Assembly: GCA_963762565.1 (NCBI GenBank)
Contig: CAVXLD010000001.1
Location: 992,001-1,056,000 of the forward strand
Source: an uncultured Verrucomicrobiae bacterium
Lineage (GTDB): Bacteria > Verrucomicrobiota > Verrucomicrobiia > Chthoniobacterales > JAFAMB01
DNA length: 64,000 nt
Direction of reading: 5' to 3'
The translations under genes and the position numbers were made by a program. Positions 49,282-58,615 of this stretch are shown here, in pieces. The first letter of the stretch is position 1, and every line of letters begins with the position of its first letter. The notes beneath the pieces were generated by a model, which was not told the DNA's origin, ran no database searches, and was given only the letters and a program-made list of their open reading frames with translations.

Positions 49282-50367
49282 TTAATCCGCAGACTCCAAT
49301 GATCGATCCACTTCCCTTGCGGATGCTCTCCCCGTCAGGGCCATGGCGTAGTTGAATTCTCGAAGCAAAAGATCCACGCACCTCGCGACACCCTCCTCGC
49401 CCCCGACCGACAATGCGTAAAGGTAAGGCCGACCAATCATAACAGCGGTAGCGCCGCGCGCCAGCGCTTTGAGCACATCTGTTCCCCGGCGGATACCACC
49501 ATCCACGATGACGGGGACTCTTCCGGCGACTCGGCTGCAGACACCAGGTAATGCATCAATCGTCGCGGGCAGCGTGTCCAAGTTACGTGCGCCGTGGTTT
49601 GAAACCATAATCCCATCCACTCCCATTTGGATCGCTTGATCGGCATCTGCAGGATGGAGAATGCCCTTGAGCCAAAGCTTAGCTTTTACAACCGAGCGCA
49701 ACCACGCGATATCGTCCCATTGCAGCGGGCTATGCAGACTCGGATCCATTCTCCCTCGAGCCCCTGACCCACTACGATTGTGCGGAGTCACTATACCGGG
49801 CGGCAATTGAAAGCCCGCCCGAAGCTGCCGGGTTCTAACCCCTAAAACCGGAGTATCAACCGTAACACAGATCGCCTCACAACCCGCTGCCTCGACTCGT
49901 TGAATCAAGTCCAGCGTCACGCTCCGATCATGTTGTACATAAAGCTGAAACCAAAGAGGCGCACTAGCGACGCCGGCGAGTTCTTCGATCGCAACGGTCG
50001 TATTCGTACTTACAACGAACGGGACGCCGGCCTTCCCCGCACCCAGAGTGGTACCAGTTTCACCCAACGGATGCATCGTCTTTTGATACGCTGCCGGGGC
50101 CAATAAGACCGGTGAACGCAGCTCCTTGCCAAAGAGAGAGACACGGGTATCGATCGTGCGCACATCCCTCAGGACTCTCGGCCAGATTCGGATCCGATCG
50201 TAAGCTCTCTCGTTATCGCCGAGCGTAAACTCATTGCCGGCCCCGCTAGCCACGTATTCGTAAACAGCATGCGGCAGCACCTGTTTCGCTGCAGGCTCGA
50301 AATCCGAGAGAGCAAGAAATTGTTCTAGAGGAATCGGGGACTTGGTTTGATCCGGTACTGGATTCAT
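49282..50367 (-). CDS. FMN-dependent alpha-hydroxy acid oxidase/dehydrogenase
   Basis: WFQLY, TVDTP, LKGI, SNHGARNLD, DGGIRRGTDVLKALA.GA, IGRP. Confidence 0.93.
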   Translation of the reverse strand: MNPVPDQTKSPIPLEQFLALSDFEPAAKQVLPHAVYEYVASGAGNEFTLGDNERAYDRIRIWPRVLRDVRTIDTRVSLFGKELRSPVLLAPAAYQKTMHPLGETGTTLGAGKAGVPFVVSTNTTVAIEELAGVASAPLWFQLYVQHDRSVTLDLIQRVEAAGCEAICVTVDTPVLGVRTRQLRAGFQLPPGIVTPHNRSGSGARGRMDPSLHSPLQWDDIAWLRSVVKAKLWLKGILHPADADQAIQMGVDGIMVSNHGARNLDTLPATIDALPGVCSRVAGRVPVIVDGGIRRGTDVLKALARGATAVMIGRPYLYALSVGGEEGVARCVDLLLREFNYAMALTGRASAREVDRSLESAD

Positions 50368-50479
50368 CACTGGGGCTTTTGAACCCCTGGCACGAGCTAA
50401 CACTATATTTAATCCCGCAAAGGAGGGTTAGGCCCCAGACGCCGGGAACCCAACCACGCCGAACGCCAAACGCCAAACG

Positions 50480-50929
50480 CTATATGTCTACTCCGAAACC
50501 AACTTCTGCCACAAACTCGAAGAAATCTTCATAGTCCGTATAGCTGAGGTCCCCGCCGGCTCCCTGTTCAGCCACCCACACGTCCTTCGAGCAAACACCG
50601 TTTTCGACTAGGAAGGCATAGAAGTTCCCGTCGCTATCCTCTGCAAACGGACAGCCGGTCTCCCGATTAAACTCTTCCTTCCCATCCCACATGGAAAACT
50701 GGCTCTCCGGGTCCGGCGATAGCACCGTAATTGTGCCGATCTCTCCGGCACCATATTTCTTAACAAAATACCGATATTCCTCGGGGAATTTAAACCCGGC
50801 CTTCTGCTCAAATTTGATAATCTTATCCTCCTTGATCGGATCCTCCCGCACCAAGAACTCAGAGCTCAGCTGGTCTGGGTCTTCTTCTCGGATTTCGTTA
50901 ATTAGGTTGTCGAAATCTTCCTGAGTCAT
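50480..50929 (-). CDS. SMI1/KNR4 (SUKH) family protein
   Basis: I.KFEQKAGFKFPEEYRYFVKKYG, PFAEDSDGNFY, DFFEFV. Confidence 0.85.
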   Translation of the reverse strand: MTQEDFDNLINEIREEDPDQLSSEFLVREDPIKEDKIIKFEQKAGFKFPEEYRYFVKKYGAGEIGTITVLSPDPESQFSMWDGKEEFNRETGCPFAEDSDGNFYAFLVENGVCSKDVWVAEQGAGGDLSYTDYEDFFEFVAEVGFGVDI

Positions 50930-51108
50930 AGCCGATGAAAGCCATACATTGCACCTTTCTTACCCGCAGCAAGTGCATAAACGCGTCATAGCGTTGAAAT
51001 GACAGATAACAAATGACAAATGACAGATTGTCGGCGGCTTACGGGAGACCAACGGGCACCAATTTGTCATCTGTCATTTGTCATTCGCCATTCCTTCCAG
51101 GTTTTCCC

Positions 51109-51124
51109 TGGCACGAACCTGGCT
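51109..51124 (+). promoter_or_regulatory. sigma54-type promoter of cynS
   Basis: TGGCACGAACCTGGCT; -24 box matches the TGGCACG consensus. Confidence 0.65.
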
Positions 51125-51160
51125 TTATAGAGGCGAGAATCCAACCTCGGCCACACATCT

Positions 51161-51610
51161 ATGTCCACCTCTCCATCCGAAGCCATCGCGCTAGTCCGGG
51201 AAGCAAAGGGAAAAAAAGGTCTGACCTGGGAGCAAATTGCGCAGCATGTCGGGCGCTCCCCTGTGTATATCACTTCAGCGTGTCTGGGCGAAAATAGCCT
51301 AATCCCGGAAGACGCCCAAAAGCTTGGCGCGCTCCTCGATCTGGGTCCGGACCTGGTCGCCCTCCTGCAATCCTGTCCTAAGAAGGGCTCAAGATCGCAG
51401 GACATTCCCAAGGACCCCCTGATGTACCGGTTCCATGAGATTAACTTGGTCTACGGAGATACGCTTAAAGAGTTGATTCACGAGAAATTTGGAGACGGGA
51501 TCATGAGTGCGATCGATTTCACGATGGACGTCGAGAAAGTGGAGGATCCCAAGGGAGACCGGGTCAAAGTGACGATGTGCGGCAAGTTTTTGCCTTATAA
51601 GAAGTGGTGA
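51161..51610 (+). CDS. cynS: Cyanate hydratase (cyanase)
   Basis: DPLMYRFHE, EKFGDGIMSAIDF, GKFLPY. Confidence 0.96.
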   Translation: MSTSPSEAIALVREAKGKKGLTWEQIAQHVGRSPVYITSACLGENSLIPEDAQKLGALLDLGPDLVALLQSCPKKGSRSQDIPKDPLMYRFHEINLVYGDTLKELIHEKFGDGIMSAIDFTMDVEKVEDPKGDRVKVTMCGKFLPYKKW

Positions 51611-51615
51611 GAGAG

Positions 51616-51836
51616 AGGAGTCAGGAGCCAGGAGAAACGAGCGGGCGAAACGGCGAATGGGCGATTCGAGGCGCAAAGCGCTGGGCAGATTTTAGCCTGG
51701 CTGGCTGCTTTTTTGGAATGCGTACCTAGGACTCGCAAGCTCATCCGAGGGCTGCCGGACTAGGGTTTCCTTCCAGCGCTTTGCGCCTCGAATCGCCCAT
51801 TCGCCGTTTCGCCTACTCGCCCACTCCTGGCTCCTG
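51616..51836. repeat. Perfect 41-bp inverted repeat (GGCGAAT/A units) inside CAGGAG-type arms
   Basis: 51644-51684 is the exact reverse complement of 51773-51813; outer arms AGGAGTCAGGAGCCAGGAG and CTCCTGGCTCCTG. Confidence 0.87.
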
Positions 51837-51954
51837 TCTTAAAACAGCCACCTCTGACCAAGCCAGAGGCACCACGTGGTCTTTTCTTCCCATCGTAATA
51901 GTGAAAAACCTGGCACTTACTCCCACCTCCTCGGTCGATCCCATTTGGATGACC

Positions 51955-51970
51955 TGGCATAGCAGCTGCT
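51955..51970 (+). promoter_or_regulatory. sigma54-type promoter of PII-glnII
   Basis: TGGCATAGCAGCTGCT (GG-N10-GC). Confidence 0.65.
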
Positions 51971-52177
51971 AACGTAAGCATTGGCTTCATTCGGGGGGAG
52001 GTCCGAATGTATATCGCGCGTAAGGAGAGGCCGGTTGAAACGGCGACGGGAAGAAGGGGTCGATCAACTTGAGCTGAGGGTGCGTGAAGTCTCTGGCGAG
52101 GAAGTGGGCTTGGAGGGAGCACCACTTCCTCGCTCCTCTCTGTTAGACGCGGTCAGGCACGGCGCAAAGTTGCCCGC

Positions 52178-52513
52178 ATGAAAAAAATTGAGGCGATCAT
52201 AAAGCCTTTCCAGCTAGAAGAAGTCAAATCCGGTCTTGCCGAATTGGGGATCGAAGGTATGACCGTTACCGAAGTCAAAGGGTTCCCCGTAGCTTTGGTT
52301 GAGCAAACAACCTACACAGGCCTGGGGGCTCCTCGTTTCTTACCCAAATTAAAAGTAGAACTGGTCGTAAGAAACGATTTGCTTGGCTCAGCGATTGCTG
52401 CCATTAAGGAATGCGCCCGCTCGGACCGAAATGACAACGGGAAAATTTTTGTGCAGGACCTCCTTGAAGTAATCCGTATTCGGACGGAAGAGCGCGGAGA
52501 ACGGGCGATTTAA
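52178..52513 (+). CDS. P-II family protein with non-canonical T- and B-loops
   Basis: MKKIEAIIKPF, GMTVTEVKGF, FLPK, GKIFV, IRIRT match GlnB/GlnK; loop sequences differ. Confidence 0.9.
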   Translation: MKKIEAIIKPFQLEEVKSGLAELGIEGMTVTEVKGFPVALVEQTTYTGLGAPRFLPKLKVELVVRNDLLGSAIAAIKECARSDRNDNGKIFVQDLLEVIRIRTEERGERAI

Positions 52514-52571
52514 CCGGTACTCCTGCGACCCAATTCTCAAAGGCGAGCTAGCCTTTTCTAGAACTCAAATC

Positions 52572-53594
52572 ATGGCGAAATATAAATTGGAATACATCTG
52601 GCTAGACGGCTATGCGCCGGTTGCCAATATCCGCGGGAAGACCTTAGTTAAGGACTTCGAAACCTTTCCTACTTTGGAGCAGATACCAAACTGGGGATTC
52701 GATGGCAGTTCTACAAGGCAAGCCGAGGGACATAGTTCCGACTGCGTGCTGAAGCCGGTGGCCGTTTATCCCGACAAAACGCGGGTGAACGCGGCGGTTG
52801 TGATGAACGAAGTTTTGCACCCCGACGGCACTCCTCACTCAACCAATGCCCGTGCGACGATTCTGGATGATCCGGATACCTGGTTCGGCTTCGAGCAGGA
52901 ATATTTTTTGTGGAAAGACGGCCTGCCCCTTGGCTTCCCTAAAGCTGGGTTTCCCGATCCACAAGGTGAATATTATACCGGTGTCGGTTACAAAAACGTA
53001 GGTAATATCGCGCGCGAGATCGTCGATGCTCACCTCGATCTTTGTATTGCCGCCGGCATTAACCACGAGGGCATCAATGCCGAAGTGGCCAAAGGCCAAT
53101 GGGAATACCAGATCTTCGGCAAAGGCTCCAAAACTGCCGCGGATCAAGTGTGGGTAGCCCGGTATCTGTTGGCGCGGCTGTGCGAAGCTTACGAGGTGGA
53201 AGTTCAATTGCATTGTAAGCCGATCCTGGGCGATTGGAACGGTTCCGGGTTCCATTGCAATTTCTCGACCAAATACATGCGGGAGGTTGGTGGTAAAGAA
53301 TATTTCGAAGCGCTTATGGCTGCGTTCGACAAGTACAAGAACGAACACATCGCGGTTTATGGACCGGACAATCATCTGCGTCTGACCGGTCTGCACGAGA
53401 CACAATCGATTGACAAATTCAACTACGGCTTGGCCAATCGCGGCGCATCCGTTCGCGTGCCGCATAGCTTCATAAATAATGGTTATAAGGGCTATCTTGA
53501 AGACCGGCGTCCGAACTCCGCCGGGGATCCCTACAAGATCGCCAGCCGCATTTTGCAGACGATCGCAACGGTCCCGAAACCCAACGGTGCTTAA
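52572..53594 (+). CDS. glnII: Glutamine synthetase type II
   Basis: 340 aa; LEYIWLDG, WGFDGSST.QA, WFGFEQEY, GINAEVAKGQWEYQ, DWNGSG.H, GYLEDRRP. Confidence 0.95.
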   Translation: MAKYKLEYIWLDGYAPVANIRGKTLVKDFETFPTLEQIPNWGFDGSSTRQAEGHSSDCVLKPVAVYPDKTRVNAAVVMNEVLHPDGTPHSTNARATILDDPDTWFGFEQEYFLWKDGLPLGFPKAGFPDPQGEYYTGVGYKNVGNIAREIVDAHLDLCIAAGINHEGINAEVAKGQWEYQIFGKGSKTAADQVWVARYLLARLCEAYEVEVQLHCKPILGDWNGSGFHCNFSTKYMREVGGKEYFEALMAAFDKYKNEHIAVYGPDNHLRLTGLHETQSIDKFNYGLANRGASVRVPHSFINNGYKGYLEDRRPNSAGDPYKIASRILQTIATVPKPNGA

Positions 53595-53732
53595 GCAGTA
53601 GGTCGGGTCAGGCCCCGAAAAAATTTTGCGAATCGGCATCGTGGGGGGACGGATTTGTCCGGCGCCGCCGGATTCGCCGAATCCTTCCGCACTTGTGCGC
53701 CGCGGCGTGGCGGCGCATTTTGAGCGGTCCGC

Positions 53733-54146
53733 ATGCTGGAAGTGAAAGATACGTTGAGGGCCACCGTCCGTCTCAGTTACGACGGGCGGGTCTATAAGAC
53801 TTTTCACGGCCCGGACTCCCAAGAGCGCTTTAACAACGAAGTCCGGGTGCTTCGTCATCTCGAGAAGCAAAATTGTAACTTCGTGCCCAGGTTACTCGAG
53901 GCAAATCCGGAACTGCTCCGAATCGTCACAACAAACTGCGGTGCACGAGTCGAGCATTTGGATAGGCAGCGCGCCGGTGAGATTTTTGCGGAATTGGAGC
54001 CATACGGCGTGCACCACGAGGACGCTGAGGTGCGCAACATTACCTATCGACAAACCGATGGACGCTTTTGCGTAATCGATTTCGAGTTCGCGACGATTCT
54101 TCCCGGCTTCGAAGAAGCTGCCAATGGATCACGATCATCTCAATAG
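53733..54146 (+). CDS. Minimal protein-kinase-like (PKL fold) protein
   Basis: VYK (beta3 Lys), NNEVRVL (alphaC Glu), VPRLL, HHEDAEVRN catalytic loop, VIDFE metal motif. Confidence 0.75.
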   Translation: MLEVKDTLRATVRLSYDGRVYKTFHGPDSQERFNNEVRVLRHLEKQNCNFVPRLLEANPELLRIVTTNCGARVEHLDRQRAGEIFAELEPYGVHHEDAEVRNITYRQTDGRFCVIDFEFATILPGFEEAANGSRSSQ

Positions 54147-54981
54147 TCCAAACAACGAATCGATTTCACATCGCCTGCAATGGTGGGGAGCTACTGATCG
54201 CGGCAAGATTCGTTCGAACAACGAGGATTCGTTCTTGGGTTTGCAGCTTGACTCCAGAGAGGTCCATCATCTAGGACGGCACGGCGAAGCATCGACGGAA
54301 ACCACTGATCTCGCCTTCGCGGTAAGCGATGGAATGGGCGGCGCTACCGCCGGAGAGTTCGCCAGCAGGATCACCGTGGATCGGGTAACCCATCTCCTCC
54401 AGCGGTCGTTCAAACAATCCGCCGTTGGCATCGAAACTTATTTTGCTGACGTGTTTACCACTCTTTTTGACCAGATTCATCAATCGTTGACGCTGGTTGG
54501 GGAGAGTTATGCGGAATGCTTCGGCATGGGAGCGACCCTGAGTATCTGCTGGTTCAGCCGCGGCTGGATGTATTTCGGGCATATCGGCGATAGCCGTGTT
54601 TACTATTTGCCCGCCCAGGAAAGAGTTATACGACAGATCAGCCACGATGATACCCATGTAGGCTGGCTCCGCCGAAACGGCGATATCAACGAGCGCCAAG
54701 CTCGGACTCATCCGCGCCGGAATGCGCTCCAGAAGGCTCTAGGCGCTGGCAACCAATTTGTCGATCCTCAGGTGGGCGCCGTCGCCTATGAAAGTGGCGA
54801 TCTTTTTCTGCTCTGCACCGATGGTCTAGTCGAAGGACTTTACAATGACCAGATTCTAGAAATTCTGCGCTCTCCTGAAGCTCTGCGCCTGGACCGAAAC
54901 GTCGCCCAGTGCTTGGTTCAAGCGTCATTAGAAGGTGCAGGCAGCGACAACACGACTGCGCTAGTCATCAAGGTGCTCTGA
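54124..54981 (+). CDS. PP2C/PPM Ser/Thr protein phosphatase
   Basis: R.NNED, VSDGMGG, GATL, HIGDSRVY, LCTDGL, SDNTT. Confidence 0.93.
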   Translation: MDHDHLNSPNNESISHRLQWWGATDRGKIRSNNEDSFLGLQLDSREVHHLGRHGEASTETTDLAFAVSDGMGGATAGEFASRITVDRVTHLLQRSFKQSAVGIETYFADVFTTLFDQIHQSLTLVGESYAECFGMGATLSICWFSRGWMYFGHIGDSRVYYLPAQERVIRQISHDDTHVGWLRRNGDINERQARTHPRRNALQKALGAGNQFVDPQVGAVAYESGDLFLLCTDGLVEGLYNDQILEILRSPEALRLDRNVAQCLVQASLEGAGSDNTTALVIKVL

Positions 54982-55191
54982 ACCAGGGCAATTTCGCCGA
55001 CCAAAAAAGCAAGACAATCTAACAGAAACCACGCATAAAATGTCGAGCGACGAAAAGGAGCATACTTTTTGCTGCATGCAAGGTTTTGTAGTTGCTAAAT
55101 CCTTGCGCGCTCATTCCACAACATGCAGTTTCGCAACAAACACCTCCAAAAAAGAAGCATACAAAATATAAATAACTGATAACTAGCATTT

Positions 55192-56601
55192 ATGACACCA
55201 GCTGAAGTAACCCAACTCATCGAAAAACAGGGCATCAAGTTAATTGATTTCAAGTTTGCTGACCTTCTTGGAACTTGGCAGCACTTCACCACGACGCTTA
55301 CTGAATATAGCGAAGATCTTTTCACTGACGGCCTCGGATTCGATGGTTCGAGTATTCGTGGCTGGAGGGTCATCAATGCCAGCGACATGCTGGTCATCCC
55401 CGACCCAGACACAGCTTGGGTGGACATCTTCAATGAGGAGCCGACGCTGAGTTTCATCTGCACCATTGAGGATCCTATCACTCGTGAGCCTTATGACCGC
55501 GACCCGCGAGGTGTGGCCGAGAAAGTCGAGGCCTATTTAAAGAGCACCGGAATCGCGGATACAGCGTTTTTCGGCCCGGAGGCTGAGTTCTTCATCTTCG
55601 ATGATGTTCGCTACGACTATACGGCTAACTCATCGTTTCATTCCGTAGACAGCGTTGAAGGCATTTGGAACTCAGGCAGAGAAGAGTTTCCTAACCTTGG
55701 CAATAAGATCCGCCACAAGGAAGGTTACTTCCCGGTTGCTCCGACCGACACTCTCCAGGATATCCGCAACGAGATGTGTCTGGAGATGGAAAAAGCGGGT
55801 ATCCCGATTGAGCGCCAGCACCACGAGGTCGCAACCGCAGGCCAAGCTGAGATCGATATCAGGTTTGCTCCTCTAAAACAGATGGGTGACCACATGATGT
55901 ATTACAAGTACATCACCAAGAACGTCGCCAAGAAGTATAACAAAGTCGTGACGTTTATGCCCAAACCGCTCTTCGGCGACAACGGGTCGGGTATGCACAC
56001 CCATCAATCGCTCTGGAAAGATGGTAAGCCGTTGTTTGCCGGTGATAAATACGCGGGATTGAGCGAAACCGCTTTGTTCTACATCGGCGGGATTCTCAAA
56101 CACGCCCGAGCCCTAACTGCATTCACTAACCCGACCACGAACAGTTATAAGCGGTTGGTTCCCGGATTCGAAGCTCCGGTAAATCTTGCTTACTCCGCCC
56201 GGAACCGATCCGCGGCCATTCGTATTCCTACTTACTCTCCGAATCCGAAAGCCAAAAGAATCGAGTTTCGTACTCCGGATCCCGCCGCTAACCCTTACAT
56301 CGCCTTCGCGGCGCTGCTGTTGGCCGGTTTGGACGGTATCCAGAACCGAATCGACCCGGGCGACCCACTTGATAAGAACCTTTACGAGCTTCCGCCGGAA
56401 GAACTCGCCAAGGTGCCTAGCGTACCCGATTCGCTAGCCGGCGCATTGGACGCCTTGGAAGCGGATCATGAATTCCTGCTCAAAGGCGATGTCTTTAACA
56501 AGGACTTCATCGGTAACTGGATCGAGATGAAAAAGAAGGAGTACGACGCCCTTCGTCTGCGTACGCATCCGTACGAATTCTTCATGTATTTCGACCTGTA
56601 A
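55192..56601 (+). CDS. glnA: Glutamine synthetase type I
   Basis: [51 protein letters not shown]; adenylylation-site motif NLYELP. Confidence 0.97.
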   Translation: MTPAEVTQLIEKQGIKLIDFKFADLLGTWQHFTTTLTEYSEDLFTDGLGFDGSSIRGWRVINASDMLVIPDPDTAWVDIFNEEPTLSFICTIEDPITREPYDRDPRGVAEKVEAYLKSTGIADTAFFGPEAEFFIFDDVRYDYTANSSFHSVDSVEGIWNSGREEFPNLGNKIRHKEGYFPVAPTDTLQDIRNEMCLEMEKAGIPIERQHHEVATAGQAEIDIRFAPLKQMGDHMMYYKYITKNVAKKYNKVVTFMPKPLFGDNGSGMHTHQSLWKDGKPLFAGDKYAGLSETALFYIGGILKHARALTAFTNPTTNSYKRLVPGFEAPVNLAYSARNRSAAIRIPTYSPNPKAKRIEFRTPDPAANPYIAFAALLLAGLDGIQNRIDPGDPLDKNLYELPPEELAKVPSVPDSLAGALDALEADHEFLLKGDVFNKDFIGNWIEMKKKEYDALRLRTHPYEFFMYFDL

Positions 56602-56627
56602 GCCTAACAACCCAAGCTTATTTGCAG

Positions 56628-56660
56628 AAAGCGCCCGGATTTCCGGGCGCTTTTTTGTTT
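56628..56660 (+). terminator. Rho-independent terminator after glnA
   Basis: AAAGCGCCCGG-ATTT-CCGGGCGCTTT followed by TTTGTTT. Confidence 0.88.
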
Positions 56661-57031
56661 GATGATGGAGCGGGTGCTCAACCACGCCCATCTCGGAGGG
56701 GCGCCGCATTCCGCGTTTTAGCTGGGGCGGGTGTCGGCGCCTGCAATCGTTGCCGCTTCCAACTTTGGATAGAGGCGGCGCCCAGAACCCAGCGCTTATT
56801 CGACACGTTTTGGGGTTGAAACCTCCCTGGATCATTCCACGTGCACAGGGAGCCGCGGTTACATACACGTCTCGGCTGGCGTCACCATAGTCCATGTCTC
56901 GGTCCAAGGACGGAACCTCTCCAATGCGGCTCCCCTCCGATCTGCGCAGGCTAAACATTTCGACCTGGCTTATATTCTGTCATTTGTGATTTGTCATTCC
57001 CCCGGATTGGTTTCTCGTTACCCAATGTTCT

Positions 57032-58615
57032 ATGGCTAAAGGCTATTTCGCACTCTTGCTGCATGCCCACCTCCCCTTTGTAAGGCATCCGGAGTACCCA
57101 GACTTCCTGGAGGAAGACTGGCTTTTCGAGGCCATCACCGAGACCTACATCCCGCTCTGGCAGGTCTTCGAGGGACTGACTCGCGACGGGGTACGGTTTC
57201 GCCTGGCCATGTCAATGACGCCCACGCTCTGCGCCATGCTGGACGATCCGCTGCTGCGAGCGCGGTATCTGAAATATTTGGATCGCGCGATCGCGCTCTC
57301 AAAAGCAGAAATCGATCGCACTCAAAACCAACCCGACTTTAATCACCTCGCTCGCTACTACCACAGCCGTTTTCTCGAGTGCAGGGAAATCTACGTCGAC
57401 CGTCTCAGATGCGATTTGGTTGGCGCTTTTCGCCGTTTCCAGGAAGCCGGGTTCATCGAGATCATCGCTTGCACCGCGACCCACGGTTTCCTCCCCCTTC
57501 TTGAGCGATATCCTAAAAGCGTCTGGGCTCAGATCGCTATCGGCCGGGACGCTTACGTCAACTCATTCGGTTGCGCGCCTAAAGGAATCTGGTTGCCGGA
57601 ATGCGCTTATCACCAGGGCTTGGACCAGCAACTGCAGGCAGCCGAACTTCGCTGGTTTGTCTTAGATGCTCATGGACTGATGTTCGGGTCTCCGCGTCCG
57701 CGCTATGCCATCTATGCACCCTGCTTTACCCAGGCAGGGCCCGCGGTTTTCGGACGAGACAGAGAATCCAGCAAACAAGTCTGGAGCGCCCAAGAAGGTT
57801 ATCCCGGTGACCCAGCTTACCGGGACTTCTATCGCGACATCGGCTTTGACCTCGACTTGGACTACCTTCGCCCCTTTCTGCCGGACGATGGTCACAGAAA
57901 ATTCACCGGTATCAAATACTACCGGATCACGGGGCGAACCGCTCACAAGCAATCGTATGTCCCAGGTTGGGCGCAGGGAGCGGTGGATCATCACGCGGGG
58001 GATTTCCTTACCAGTCGCGTCAAGCAAATCGAGCATTTGGCTGGCATCACCAATATCAAACCAATCATCGTCTCTCCCTTTGATGCAGAGCTCTTTGGTC
58101 ATTGGTGGTATGAAGGTCCCCAATTTCTGAATTTGTTCATTCGGAAGGCGGTCTACGACCAAACAACCTTCGAATTGATCACTCCAAGCGATTATTTGGA
58201 AAAACATGACACCCTGCAGGTCATTTCACCTAGTCCTTCAAGTTGGGGAAACCGCGGCTTTTGGGAGGTATGGCTGGACGAAAGCAACAGCTGGATCTAC
58301 CCCCATTTGCACGCCGCCGCTCGCCGGATGACCGAGTCTGCCGAGGCGGTAGAAAAGACGCCCGCAAAATGGAAAGAGCGAGTGCTACGCCAGCTGGCCC
58401 GGGAGCTACTCCTGGCGCAATCCAGCGATTGGGCATTTCTAATGAGGACCGGTACCGCGAAAGACTACGCTGCTATGCGGACGAAGACTCATATTCTGAG
58501 ATTTACTCGAATGTACGACCAACTTCGAGGCGGAGTGATCGACGAAGGATTTCTCGCGAATTGTGAATGGCGAGACAATCTGTTCCCGGAGTTACAGTGG
58601 AAATATTATTTATGA
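57032..58615 (+). CDS. GH57 1,4-alpha-glucan branching enzyme (with DUF1957)
   Basis: LHAHLPFVRH, ETYIPL, GIWLPEC, PFDAELFGHWWYEG, RELLLAQSSDW. Confidence 0.93.
   Translation: MAKGYFALLLHAHLPFVRHPEYPDFLEEDWLFEAITETYIPLWQVFEGLTRDGVRFRLAMSMTPTLCAMLDDPLLRARYLKYLDRAIALSKAEIDRTQNQPDFNHLARYYHSRFLECREIYVDRLRCDLVGAFRRFQEAGFIEIIACTATHGFLPLLERYPKSVWAQIAIGRDAYVNSFGCAPKGIWLPECAYHQGLDQQLQAAELRWFVLDAHGLMFGSPRPRYAIYAPCFTQAGPAVFGRDRESSKQVWSAQEGYPGDPAYRDFYRDIGFDLDLDYLRPFLPDDGHRKFTGIKYYRITGRTAHKQSYVPGWAQGAVDHHAGDFLTSRVKQIEHLAGITNIKPIIVSPFDAELFGHWWYEGPQFLNLFIRKAVYDQTTFELITPSDYLEKHDTLQVISPSPSSWGNRGFWEVWLDESNSWIYPHLHAAARRMTESAEAVEKTPAKWKERVLRQLARELLLAQSSDWAFLMRTGTAKDYAAMRTKTHILRFTRMYDQLRGGVIDEGFLANCEWRDNLFPELQWKYYL

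Noticed and set aside
52154..52173. Second sigma54 promoter just before PII (AGGCACGGCGCAAAGTTGC)
   Set aside because: GG to GC spacing is 14 or 9 nt, not the required 10.
52839..53870. 343-aa minus-strand ORF
   Set aside because: It is antisense to glnII and the kinase gene and has no recognisable motifs.
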